Shown one piece after another: positions 1 through 11,228 of a stretch of 64,000 bases of DNA. The position numbers and the translations under genes are program-made. The number at the start of each line of letters is the position of its first letter. Position 1 is the stretch's first letter. This DNA comes from Gekko japonicus (lineage: Eukaryota): assembly GCF_001447785.1 (NCBI RefSeq), contig NW_015160922.1:124001-188000 (forward strand). Direction: 5' to 3'. The notes under the pieces are model-generated. The model was given only the letters and a program-made list of their open reading frames with translations, was not told the origin of the DNA and searched no databases.

Positions 1-352
1 CCTGTAGGGCCCAGACCTGAACCGGGGGTCACATGGCACTTGCCATTTACCTTTCACAAAGGAAAATCAGCAAACCATGCAAAACAACACTCTAATAAAT
101 AATTACTCACTGTTCTTTTTATATTTGCATATATATCAAATATATGCCAATGATAGATTTTCTTTCAATATATATATATTGTAATACAAATTAACAATAT
201 ATATTATAATATAAATTAATAATCTATGTGAAAAACAGAATCAGAACTTACAGAGAAGAACTTTTGCAGGTAGGTTGGAATCAAAGCTCCCCTCCCGAGA
301 GCTGAATAATGTTGAACTATCTTTGCAAAACCTCCAGTTTCAACTTGTTCAC

Positions 353-688
353 TAGGGATGGGCATGAACTCCATTTTTGTGGTTCGGTTCACAGCTGAAC
401 CACAAACCAATATGCTGGTTCAAAACTGAACCAGTTCATATCAGTTTGTGAGCCACTTAAAGTTTAAACCCTTACTTTCTGCTCCCCGCAGCTGGGAGCC
501 ATTTAAACCAAATAGCTGAGTGACAGGGAGATTTTGTGAAGAGCCATCACAAACTTCATGAACTGCCACAAACTGCATCAAAATTCATGGAAGTTCATGG
601 AGGTTCTTCAGTTTGCAAACACTGCTTTGTGAGCCAGCCAAAGTTCATGACCAGCTTTCGTTTGTCAGCCGGTTCATGCCCATCCCTA
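353..688. mobile_element. hAT-type MITE (TAGGGATG TIR)
   Basis: TIR tagggatgggcatgaac / gttcatgcccatcccta; TSD ttgttcac / ctgttcac. Confidence 0.8.
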
Positions 689-861
689 CTGTTCACTTCT
701 TACAAAACAGGTCTGTGCTATCTCAAGCTTTGTGCACAGTAAGGATCCTCTCTTCCAAGTGCACCGACCTCAGTGGACTTAGAATGCTGTAACTCTGCTT
801 TGGATTGCATGGGCAATGGTGCAACAAATTGCTCTGGAAGCTTCCACTCAAGTACGCACAA

Positions 862-1075
862 GAAGTCTTCCGTAGCCCTGACCTGGATAGCCCAGACAAG
901 CCTGATCTCGTCAGATCTTGGAAACTAAGCAAGGCTGACTCTGGCAAGTACTTCAAAGGGCAACCTCCAAGGAATACCAGGGCCGGGATGCAGAGGCAGG
1001 CCACCCAAGCCACCTCTCTGAAAAATGTCCAGGACCCCAGCAGGGGTCGCCAGAAGTCACCATGACTTCCAGGCA
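862..1075 (+). mobile_element. 5S rRNA-derived SINE (related copies ~3870-4045, ~10575-10770)
   Basis: gcctgatctcgtcagatcttggaaactaagc resembles the 5S internal region, followed by a shared non-5S body; too diverged for a 5S gene. Confidence 0.7.
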
Positions 1076-1297
1076 AGCACATAAGACACACATGCACATG
1101 TGTATGTGTGTCTCCCATAGTTTTATCAAGCTTTGTGTTCACCATTGAGATTTATGCAGAGAATAAAGGCAGAGTCACTCCAGAAGCAGAGGTTTCTAAA
1201 CTGAGGGGGCAGAATCTTGACCTCTCCAAACAGTTAGCTTTGGGGTATAGCAGGCTTTTAAAAAATACTAATAATAAGGCTGCTGTTTCACACTTAC

Positions 1298-1398
1298 ACT
1301 AATCCAGCATTCTTCTGTAGCCGTTTCTTCAGCCACACAAACTCCCGATACCGTCTGCGCACACAAGATGTCTTGGCAGTGAAAGCTTTGCTATTGGT
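1298..1398 (-). CDS. SNX11: SNX11 coding exon 3 (101 nt)
   Basis: [34 protein letters not shown]; acceptor cag, donor gtaagt (acttac 1292-1297). Confidence 0.95.
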
Positions 1399-4300
1399 CT
1401 GTATAAAAGAGAGGAGGAACATACCTTATTGCAGGGTCTCCCTCGTCTCTTTCTAACTCTGGCTCCCTCTGCTGGCTGCTATGTTAAAACCAAACCAGTA
1501 TTATAAACACTTGGCTCTGAAGAACGAGGCCTACGACTAGGGGCTTTGCTTTTCTCTCCAATATAACCACTTGGGATGGCTTGTGGTCTGTGCAGGTTTG
1601 AAGGCAGCCCAGATAGCATCCCATTAACATGTTGGTGTTGCCAGCCTCCAGGTGGGGCCTGGAGATCTCCCACTTTTCTAACTGATCTCCAGCTGACAGA
1701 GATCAGCTACCCTGGGAAAAATGGCTGCTTTGAAGGGTGGACTCCATGGCATTGTACCATGCTGAGGCCCCTCCCCTCCCCAAACCCCACCCTCTCCTGG
1801 ATCCACCCCAAAGTCTCCAGGTACTTTCCAACTAGGGTTGCCAAGTGACTTACCTGTCACAGCAGGGGAGAGTTGGTCCCGGCCCGGAGAGTCACTCATC
1901 ACGTTGGGCATGTCGCCGGGCAACGCTCTAGCAATTAGCCTGGAGACTCTATGGTACCATAGAGTTTTCAGGCTGATTGCTAGAGCGTTGCCCGGTGTGA
2001 TGACATCGGCCCGAACCAGGCACTTTGGGGGTGGGGTTCCCCCCCCCGGCCTGATCTGGACCGGCGGGTTGGGGGCCCTTTCAGCGGGAAAAACCCTGCC
2101 CCCCCCCCGGGGGACTTGGCAGCCCTATTTCCCACCCAGACCTGGCCATCCTAGTTGGTATTGTGGTTTGTACCGGTGGGGTAGCCGTGTTGGTCTGAAG
2201 CAACAGAACAAAGTTTGAGTCCAGTGGCACCTTTAAGACCAACAAAGTTTACATCTGGTTATAAGGTTTGGTGTGCATGCAATAGAATGAAGCAGACAGA
2301 AAATGCTGACTCATCCTTTCCTTGTAAAAGGAAGTCCAAGCACAGTTCTAAGCAGACTATACCCTTCTGAACGCTTGGGCTTAGAAAGCTGCGGCTGTGC
2401 TTAGGATTCCAGTCCCAGCCAATGTTCCCTTTAAGCTGTGGAGTCTTGTGAGCAAAAATTCTACTTTGTGAGCTACTGGCATTGAAGTTGTGAGCAAGCC
2501 GTTTGGCTACTGCATCAATCAGTTTGCTCTGGAGCCCTCCTCCCTGAGCGAAGACAAAAATCTGTGAGCTGGAGGCTAGAAAACTGTGAGCTAGCTCACA
2601 CCAACTCAGCTTAGAGGGAACACTGGTCCCAGCTGCACAAGAGCCTTATCCCATGCAGATTAAAATTTAGTAGAGTTGTCCAGGTCCAAGGAGACAACTG
2701 AAGCTAGCAACTGTGCCCAGCCAGCGCTGTCCAAAGATGTTTCTGTGGTCATGTGGCTGGCATTACTAAACGCCGAGGCACATGATCCTTTTTTAAAAGC
2801 AGTTTATGCTAGTGCACCTTACAACCTGTGGCAATGAGTTCCACAAACCAGTTCCATCATGTGACATACTATGGCCTTAAACACATTCCTTACCCATTTC
2901 AATAGATGACCAAAGATTTTATATTTTGTTGAAAGAAGAATATATTTTCCCTACAAAAAACCCTACAATTCAAATCCCCTCTCCTCCCAAGAAATTAGTA
3001 TGCTACCCATTCCCAAGTTATTTTATTCCACCCAAAGCACCAGCTGTTTTTGGAGACTTTTTGCACAGTAAACATATTAGTTGCTCTACTTTGACATCCT
3101 CTGACTGTAGCATTTCCGCTTTCCCACACTTACATGGAGAAATATTTTGTAATCCACGTAAGAGTTCCAGGAACCCTCGTTCTGGACACGAGGATCTTGA
3201 ACACGCACGGTGGTCAGCTCCTAGGAGGGAAGACAGAAGGGGGAAATAAAAGATCATATTCAAACATTTCCCGCCTCAGAACTGCTCTCCAGTCTTCTGG
3301 CAGTCTGTGGTAAGAGAGCTGATCCATCCATTTTGAAGAAGGTAATCCACAAACATATTAGGAAAAGACTCCCTGGATCCAACCAAAGGTCTATCTTGGG
3401 TTGCCAGGTCCCTCCTGGCCATCAGTGGAGGATGGAGGTTGCCAGCTCCAGGTTGGGAAACTCCTGGAGATTTAGGGATGAAGCCTAGAGAGGGCAGGGA
3501 CCATGGTGGATTACAGTGCCATGGAGTCCACCCTCCAAAGCATCCATTTTCTCCAGCGGAACTGATGTTGTCTGGAGATGAGTGGTAATTCCAGGGGATC
3601 CCCAGGTCCCACCTGAAGGCTGGCATCCTTAGGTCTATCTAGTCAGCCTTCCTTCTCAAAGGACAGTCAGATGCTCCCACGGAAGCTCTCAAACAAAGCA
3701 TGAAGTCAACAGCCTTCTTTGCATGGTTTGCCCCTAGTACCTGGCACTCAGAAGTGAAGTGGAGGTTCTGAACATGGAGGGTCCTTTCAGCTGTCTTCAC
3801 CAACAGACTAATCCACCATGAATTTGTTCAACCCTAATTTATAGTGGGGTGTGTGGAATGGTATAGTGTTGCCCGTTCTTGTCAGATCTCAGAAGCTAAG
3901 CAGAGTTGGTACTTGGGTGGGAGACCACCAAGGAAGACTTTGTAGAGGAAGACAATGGCAAAACACCGCTGCTGTATCACTTACCTTGAAAACCCTATGG
4001 GGTTACCGCGACTTCACAGTCAGCTGAGACGACATAGCACTTTACAGACACAGTTTACAGCCCCTTAAGCTAGCAGCTCCAGCTACAACATCAGTAATTA
4101 GTTCCATAAATTATTTGCCTTTGCGGCAATTACGTTTGGAAAGAGACAATTCAATTCAGGGACGCTCCTTTCCCTCAAGCCATTTTTTGAGATTGACATG
4201 GTGTTACCTGCAGGGGATCCGTTCTTTAGGATAGCCCCCCCCCCAATGGTTTTTCAAAGGAGGTGACTACAGAGATTCTAAATCTCTGGTTAGAGTCACA

Positions 4301-6793
4301 AGGTCATGCAAGGCACTCTGGGCTCCATTTGGAAGCTGAGACCGCCTGATGTACATGTGTGCAGCCAGAACTTTGTGCCCGTTCTGAGGCTTTGTTTTAT
4401 TTTTTGATTTTCTAAGATTTAATGAGGTTATAGCAAAAAAAACAGGTGACTGGTTGGGTGGGGGGGCATTTGTGTTCGTTTCGTGGCCTGCGTTTCCTGT
4501 GATCTTATGCTTGTTTATGATCGTGTTGACTGTGGATGAGTTTTAACGGGCTTCATGCAATGAAGAAGCAGGATGTAAATTCTTACAGAAACAATTGTGT
4601 TATAAAAGCGAGGGGGAGAAACTCTGCCCGATGTCTCCATACATAAACGTCCCTTTCGGTTGTCTAACAAGAACAATATGTCAGGTATGTGACTTCCCTT
4701 TGCCCGAGGGCTGGTAGAGCTTCCTGGGCACAAACCAAGGAAGAATATGTCGTTTACAACCACACAGCCAGAATGGCCAACATGCTAATAATCAGGGCTA
4801 TTTTGGGGCAGGAACGCACAGGAACGGAGCTCCGGCTGGCTCCCAAGTTGGCCACGCCCAGCAGGAACTCATTAGCATAATAGGCCACACCCAACAGCAG
4901 AAACTCATTAGGATTGGCTACATTAGGGGTGTGTGGCCTAACATGCAAAGGAGTTCCTGCTACAAAAAGGCCCTGAGTTTTGACAACAAACAAGGTAAAC
5001 AGAATAAGAAGCAAAAGGTGGCTGTGGCTGGATGACCACACTTCTGGTAACATGGGGGTGCAGCCTAATGTGCTAATGAGCGGTGCTGTCAGGGGTGTGG
5101 CCCAATATGCTAATGAGTTCCTGCTGTTGGGTGTGGCCTATAATGCTAATGAGTTCCTGCTGGGCTTTTTCTACAAAAAGAGCCCTGCTAATAATAACAA
5201 TAGCAAGAGTACAGCCATTACTGGTCCCTGGTCAGGTAGGACTTGAACCATAGACAATCCGAGGGAGAGCACGAGCTGAGGTACAGCAGCCCAACAGTGG
5301 GCTTCCGCACTTGGTTCTGCAGTGACCAAGGCGAAAAACCAGCTGAACAAATACTGGGAGCATGGACTGTGGCAACACATCCCGAAGACCACACCTTGCC
5401 CACAGCTACGCCCAGGCAGCCTACATGGCAAAAGCAGTGGTATGTCCCCACCAGCCCTTTGGTTCTCTGGAGTGGGGCATGCCTGCAGAGAAACAGCAGA
5501 AAGCGTATGGATTTGGAGGCAGTGTGATGTGGTGGTTAAGAGCGGTGGACTCTGATCTGGAGAACTGGGTTTGGTTCCCCGCTCCTCCTCCCCATGAAGC
5601 CAGCGGGGTAACCTTGGGCCACCCACGGTTCTCTCAGAACTCTCTCAGCCCCACGGAGAGGAAGGCCGCTCTGTAAGCCACTCGGAGACTCCTTAGGGTA
5701 GAGAAAAGCATGGTATAAAAAACCAACTCTCCTTCTACTCTTCTTCCGGGGCATGGACCCTGTCGAAGGTCTGACTGTGTCATCACTGAAGCTCCCCACA
5801 GGTGACCTCGCTCTCTTTTAGCTTTGTCACACTTAACATCAACTGGAGCCACCACCACAGGGAGGTGATTCCCTGTTGCACACTCATCACCACTACGAAC
5901 ATCACCACTACAAACACATCCATGTGGGGGTATTCTCTGTGTTCTCCTTTAGAAGAAGAAGAGATTGGATTTATCCCCCACCTTTCACTACCCAAAGGTG
6001 TCTCAGAGCGGCTTACAAACTCCTTTCCCTTCCCCTCCCCACAACAGACACCCTGTGAGGTAGGTGGGGCTGAGAGAACTCTGACACAAACTGCTCTTTT
6101 TCAAGGACAGCTGTGCCAGAACTACGGCTTGCCCAAGGTCATCCAGCCAGGCATGAGTGGAGGAGTGGGGAATCAAACCCGGCTCTCCCAGATTAGAGTC
6201 CGCGCACTTAACCACGACACCAAACTGGCTCTCGAATTTCCTTTAGAGCTTCTTTTGCCTGCCACCTGGCCACCACTGCTGGAGGGGGTTTTTTTGCTGG
6301 CTCTCCAGGGCCTCAGGCAGAGGTCTTTCACATCACCTACTACGAGATCCTTTTAAGTGGAGGTGACGAGGATCAAACCTGGGACCTTCTGTGTGCCAAG
6401 GAGATGCTTTACTGTTAAGCCACAGCCCCTTCCCCCTAAACCAAGTAAGGAGGATGATTGGAGGATGATATCGTGTGGATGCTCCAAGAAACCCTGCCTA
6501 CAGTTGAAGATGCAGGGCTAAGAAAAACACCCTCGTGGAAGCAGCCTGAGAGAAGGTATGGCTTGCGCTCTCACTTTAGTGACGGGAGAACATGCGCCAA
6601 AAGGTGGCTTTGCTCTCCATCGGCCCACCTCTCCCTGAATGTGCCCAGCTCCCCCTCACTTCATACCCAGTTTGAATTTCCAGATGCAGCTTCCCCATTT
6701 CTGATGGGGGGAGCGGGGAACAAGAGACTGAGGTCAGGGAATCAGATCTGCTACTGCCCAAGGGCTTACCTCTTGGTCTGGATATCCTAACAT
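1298..6793 (-). CDS. SNX11: Sorting nexin-11 (PX domain), 5' part of spliced CDS; exons 6770-6793, 3134-3220, 1298-1398; continues beyond left edge
   Basis: Manual splice with AG/GT sites gives MLGYPDQE|[29 protein letters not shown]|[34 protein letters not shown], matching the SNX11 PX domain. Divergent synteny with CBX1 supports SNX11 over SNX10. Confidence 0.93.
1833..2127. mobile_element. hAT-like MITE (TAGGGTTGCCA TIR) nested in an older copy of a related family (~1634-2152)
   Basis: TIR tagggttgcca / tggcagcccta; TSD tttccaac / tttcccac; central 80-bp palindrome. Confidence 0.8.
2420..2625. mobile_element. ~205-bp hAT MITE (CAGTGTTCCCTCTAAG TIR); other copies 15111-15314, 19207-19412, 24418-24621, 58775-58980
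   Basis: Perfect 8-bp TSD GTCCCAGC here; GTCATAAC at the 58775 copy; 7/8 matches at 19207 and 24418. Confidence 0.88.
3134..3220 (-). CDS. SNX11: SNX11 coding exon 2 (87 nt)
   Basis: [29 protein letters not shown]; acceptor ctccctcctag, donor gtaagt. Confidence 0.95.
5515..5746 (+). mobile_element. tRNA-derived Squam3-like SINE
   Basis: A/B-box head (gtggttaag...ggtttggttccc), shared body, (CTT)n tail. Confidence 0.7.
5951..6233 (-). mobile_element. Squam3-like SINE; further copies 10032-10396(+), 11974-12270(-), 17600-18110(-), 23833-24248(-), 27820-28062(+), 49826-50040(-)
   Basis: Near-identical multi-copy ~280-bp sequence with tRNA-like head and (CTT)n tail. Confidence 0.8.
6770..6793 (-). 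CDS. SNX11: SNX11 first coding exon (exon 6770-6821; MLGYPDQE)
   Basis: Acceptor cttttccctccccaacag, donor GAG|gtaagc, phase 0; TGTAGG-ATG context resembles mammalian SNX11 (CR-MSENQEQE). Confidence 0.8.
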
Positions 6794-8259
6794 CCTACAT
6801 CAACGGCCCAAGGAGAAGCATCTGTTGGGGAGGGAAAAGGATAAATTAACACAGGCAGGCATTCCCTTGAAGAGGAAATTGCCCATTCAGAGCAATTTCT
6901 TCTAGAGCAATCTTCCTCTGGAAGAAAAATGTCACGGCCGGACTTGCTCTGATGACATTTATAATACCATCAGCGAGATTATTAAGCAAAACTGGAGCCA
7001 ACTGTAAGGGCTTTGGATTATGATAATAATAATAATACTTTCCATTTATTAATCGCTTTCCCCAGTGGGCTCAAAGCGATGTACAGTTACTCAATATAGA
7101 CAAGGGACTAACAATATTTGTAGGGGATAGGGAAGACAACATATATTCATTTTAATTGCACACGCCGTCACTGCCTGGTGTAGACGTCTTCTGGCTTGGC
7201 TCCGTCATTATTATTATTATTATGATGATCTGGGAAACTCAAGCTCAGATCCCCAGTCTGAAAGGGAAGCTCACTGGGTGGCCTTGGACCAGTTGCTGTT
7301 TCTCAGCCTACCCAGTAAGGTGCCCCTGATTAATCAACCAGTAGATTTAAGGCAAGCATGGTTTTAGGCAGGCAGGCAGGCAGGCAAGCAAGCAAGAAAT
7401 GTTGTAATGGTCCTAGTTCTAGACTAAGATCACCAAGTAAGTTTCATGGCAAGTCAGAATCTGAACACACATCTCTTTGGTCCAGCGCCCTACCAGGGGA
7501 GCCTCTTTAGAACACCTCCATGGGTAGGGTTTTCAGCTCTGGGTGGGGAAATACCTGGGGATTTTAGGGGTGGAGCCTGGGGAGGGTGGGGTTGGGGAGG
7601 GACCATAGAGTCCACCCTCCAAAGCAGCCTTTTCTCCAGAATGGATCTCTGTTGTCTAGAGATCAATTGCAATAGCAGGAGATCTCCAGGCCTCACCTGA
7701 AAGTTGGCAGCCCTACCCATGGGAGCTGTGGGAAATGGCATCTGTAGGGTTAGTGAGCCTTAAACATCTTGAATGGGATCCCTTGTAAGGCTGCTAGAAA
7801 GTGTGGTAAATGTCAAATGTCTCAAGGAAGTCCAAGGTTGCCACATGGACTTACCACATGATCCACGTGACTACCACACAGAGCCAACTCCAAAATGTTA
7901 CCTCAGCTTTTGGAGTTTTTAAAAGATATTTACCTCCGCTTCTTCTTCTTCTTCTTTTTTACAAAATATTACAGTTCACTTTCCTCCCCAATGGGGACCT
8001 AAAGCAGAATAAAGAATCATTCGCTCCTCCTCCATTTTATCCTCACAACAACCCTATGAGGTAGGTTAGGCTGAGAGAGAGTGACTGGCCCGCGGTCACC
8101 CAGCAAGCTGACATAACAGAGTGGGGATCCAGACCCAAATATCCCAGGACCTAGTCCTCCATTTTAACCACTACACTGCACTGGCTGAAGGAGCACAAAC
8201 CACACAGAAGCCAATTTCATCTGCAATAAGTTGAATCTAAATTGGAATCACACATCCAC

Positions 8260-8703
8260 ATTCTGAAGAAGTGAGCAGTGACTCACGAAAGCTCCTACCC
8301 TGCCACAAATTTGGTTAGTCTTTAAGGTGTTCCTGGACTTTAAGGTGTTCTTTTCTACTGCTACAGATAGACTAATACGGCTACCCATCTTGATCTACAT
8401 CCATATACCTTAGATTATTTAGAAGGATATAATGTTAAGTATGCGGGAGAGTTTACATGTATCTGAAAGAAATCTGATGGGTGCTTGAATCCTGGTTTCA
8501 TTTACTGCTTGGGTAGGACTGGAGAGATTCAGGTGGGGTAACCGTGCTGGTCTGAAACAACAGAACAAAGTTTGAGTCCAGTGGCACCTTTAAGACCAAC
8601 ACAGTTTAATTCTGGGTATAAGCTTTCGTGTGCAAAAAAAAAGCTTATACCCAGAATTAAACTTTGATGGTCTTAAAGATGCCACTAAACTCAAACTTTG
8701 TTC
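8260..8703. mobile_element. Penelope-like element terminal fragments (also ~2175-2282, 9960-10560, 12575-12690, 21715-21790, 38787-38892)
   Basis: Recurrent gagtccagtggcacctttaagaccaac...ggtataagctttcgtg motif in both orientations, including a 140-bp inverted pair 8563-8703. Confidence 0.6.
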
Positions 8704-10786
8704 CACTGCTTGAGTAAGACTAGAAAATTCCTTGAATTTAGTGCAGTAACATTTAAAAGTCACAGAATAGTTTATGCTACTAACTATTCTAAATGATTCC
8801 TTGTCCCTTGAGGTAAGGGCAAGATACGTACCTAAAAGGGTCCCTTGCACTCACTTAGCTCATCTGGCTGACTAATTGTTTCTCTAGTACCTTTTTAAAT
8901 AGCTTGCAAAGTACTTGGCAACTCTTATCTGATTCCTCACACCCTCTTCTTAAGAAGGGCCACCCATTACTGCTGTTTTCCTCCCAGGGCGCCAGGAGGG
9001 GCATTGTGATGGATATGAACCTGGATGTACTCTGCTAATTTCTTTTCAAACCTCTGAGAGGACAAGGCAGATTTCCAGTTCCTCAAGGCACAGAAAGACT
9101 CTGTCACGCCTCTCTAGACAAGCCTGTAAAATAGCTCAGGTCTGAGAAATGGCTGCAGGGAGAGGTGTGATTCAGGGCTTCCACTTCGGGCCGGACTGGA
9201 GCCTTTCCCTCACCACCACCCAATGTCAGAGGCCATGGATTCCAGGCAGCTGTAAACACCAGTCACCTGCTCCAGAAGTTAACCAGGGAGAAAACTTGAA
9301 ACATTTTGTACAATGGAGACTGTGAATAGATGAGTGTTCGGTGAGAGGCACTCCAAGCATTTTGCAATTTAAAGGACTCTTCTGGTGAAGGAAAGGGGGC
9401 CAAAGGGAAAGCCGTTTTCAACCAAATTTGTTGGATTTGTTTACATTTCTCTCCCAGGACAGAGAGCTATAGCAGTAGGCAGTTGCCTTCCTCACGGGGG
9501 AATTTGCCCTGGCTTGCACGGAGGTTCACAAGAGGTGTGAGGAACGGTCCTCTCTTACCCAAGAACAGAGGCTGTTTTCTTCTAGAACAAACATCCCCTG
9601 GCATTCTTCCAGGCAAAGCAAAGAACAAGTTATGTGAGGGAGGTGTTTTGCTACCTATGCCCTGAAGAGCCCTTCTACCACCCCTCCCCCCACCTGTAAG
9701 AGGGACATATGGGTTCCGCTTTGGGTTTCCAACCTCCAGGTGGTGTGGTCTCCTGGGATTATAGCTGATCTCCAGGCAACAGAGATCAGTTCACCTGGAG
9801 AAAATGGCTGCTTTGGGAGGTGGACTCTATACCTGAAGTCCCTCCCTTCCCCAAACCCCACCTTCCTCAAGCTCCATCCCTAAAATCTCCTGGTATTTCC
9901 CTACCTGGAGCTGACAACCCTAGTTCAGCTACTGTTCCAGAACTGGCATATGTTGATAGATCAAGATGGGTAGCCATGTTGGTCTGTCTGTAGCAGCAAA
10001 AAAGAACAAGAGTCCAGAAGCACCTTAAACAACCAGTTTGGTGTAGTGGTTACGAGTGTGGTCTCTAAGGTGGGAGAACCAGGTGTGATTTCCCCACTCC
10101 TCCACATGCAGCTGCTGGTGTGACCTTGGGTCAGTCACAAGTTCTCTCAGAGCTGTTCTCTCACGAGCAGTTCATCAGTGTGGCTTCTGTGCAGTCCCAC
10201 ATGGGACTGCACAGAAGACCACTCAGTGAACAACAGTTACAGGTAAGTGCAACCTCCGTTTTCTCGAAAGAGCTCTCTCAGCCCCACCTACCTCACAGGG
10301 TGTCCGTTGTGGGGAGGGGGAAGGGAAAGGGATTGTAAGCCGCTCTGAGACTCCTTCGGGTACTGAAGGGCGGGATATAAATCCAATTTCTTCTCTTTAA
10401 AGACTAAAAACATTTGTGGCAGGGTATGAGCTATCATGAGTCATGAAATCTCATACCGTGCCAGATCTGAAGAAGTAAACAGTGACTCACGAAAGCTCTT
10501 CCCCTGCCACAAATTTTGTTAGTCTTTAAGATGCTTCTGGACTCTTGCTCTTTTCTACTAGTACACGTTGAGAACCCTGACCCTGGATGGCCTGGGCCAT
10601 TAGGTCTTGAAAGCTAAGTAGGGTCAGCCCTGATTTGGATGGGAGACCACTAAGGAAGTCCAGGGTCACTATGCAGAAGCAGGCAATGGCAAAAACCACC
10701 TCTGAATGTTGCTTGCCTTGAAAACCCTATGAGATCACCGTAAGTCATCTTGTGACTTGATGGCACTTTCCACGACCACCACATAT

Positions 10787-11228
10787 CATAGAGTCATAGA
10801 ACAGAATCATATAATCATAGAGTTGGAAGGGTCGTCTAGTCCAACCCCCTGCACAATACAGGAAATTCACACATACCTTCCCCTCCCACCCGCAGTGACC
10901 ACTGTTCCATGCCCAAAATATGGCAAAAAACCTCCAGGATCCCTGGCCAAACTGGCTTGGAGAAAAATTGCTTCCTGATCCTGACCCCAAAGTGGCGATC
11001 AGCATTTCCCTGGGCATGTTAGAAAGGGCCACGAGAACTAAGCACTGAGGCAACCCTTCTTGCCCTCCCTCTCATGATCTGCCTAAGTCCACAGAATCAG
11101 CATGGCTGTCCAATGGCCATCTAGCCTCTGTTTGAAAACCTCCAAAGAAGGAGATCCCACCACCTCCCAAGGAAGCCTGTTTCACCGAGGAACCACACTA
11201 ACTGTCAGGAAGTTCTTCCTAATGTTTA
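10787..11228 (-). mobile_element. CR1 LINE 3' fragment (others ~33927-34215 -, ~60080-60160 +)
   Basis: (CATAGAAT)-like tail repeats followed by gagttggaaggg...tctagtccaacccc, typical of a CR1 3' end. Confidence 0.7.

Noticed and set aside
216-410. Next SNX11 exon
   Set aside because: No PVPELPGK-like sequence in the ORF, which overlaps a MITE; the exon is presumably left of the window
880-990. 5S rRNA gene
   Set aside because: Diverged, and fused to a SINE body present in several copies
4840-5165. Short repeated [10 protein letters not shown] units resembling a CRISPR-like array
   Set aside because: Internal minisatellite of two CAGGGC-TIR MITE copies in a vertebrate; no unique spacers or cas genes
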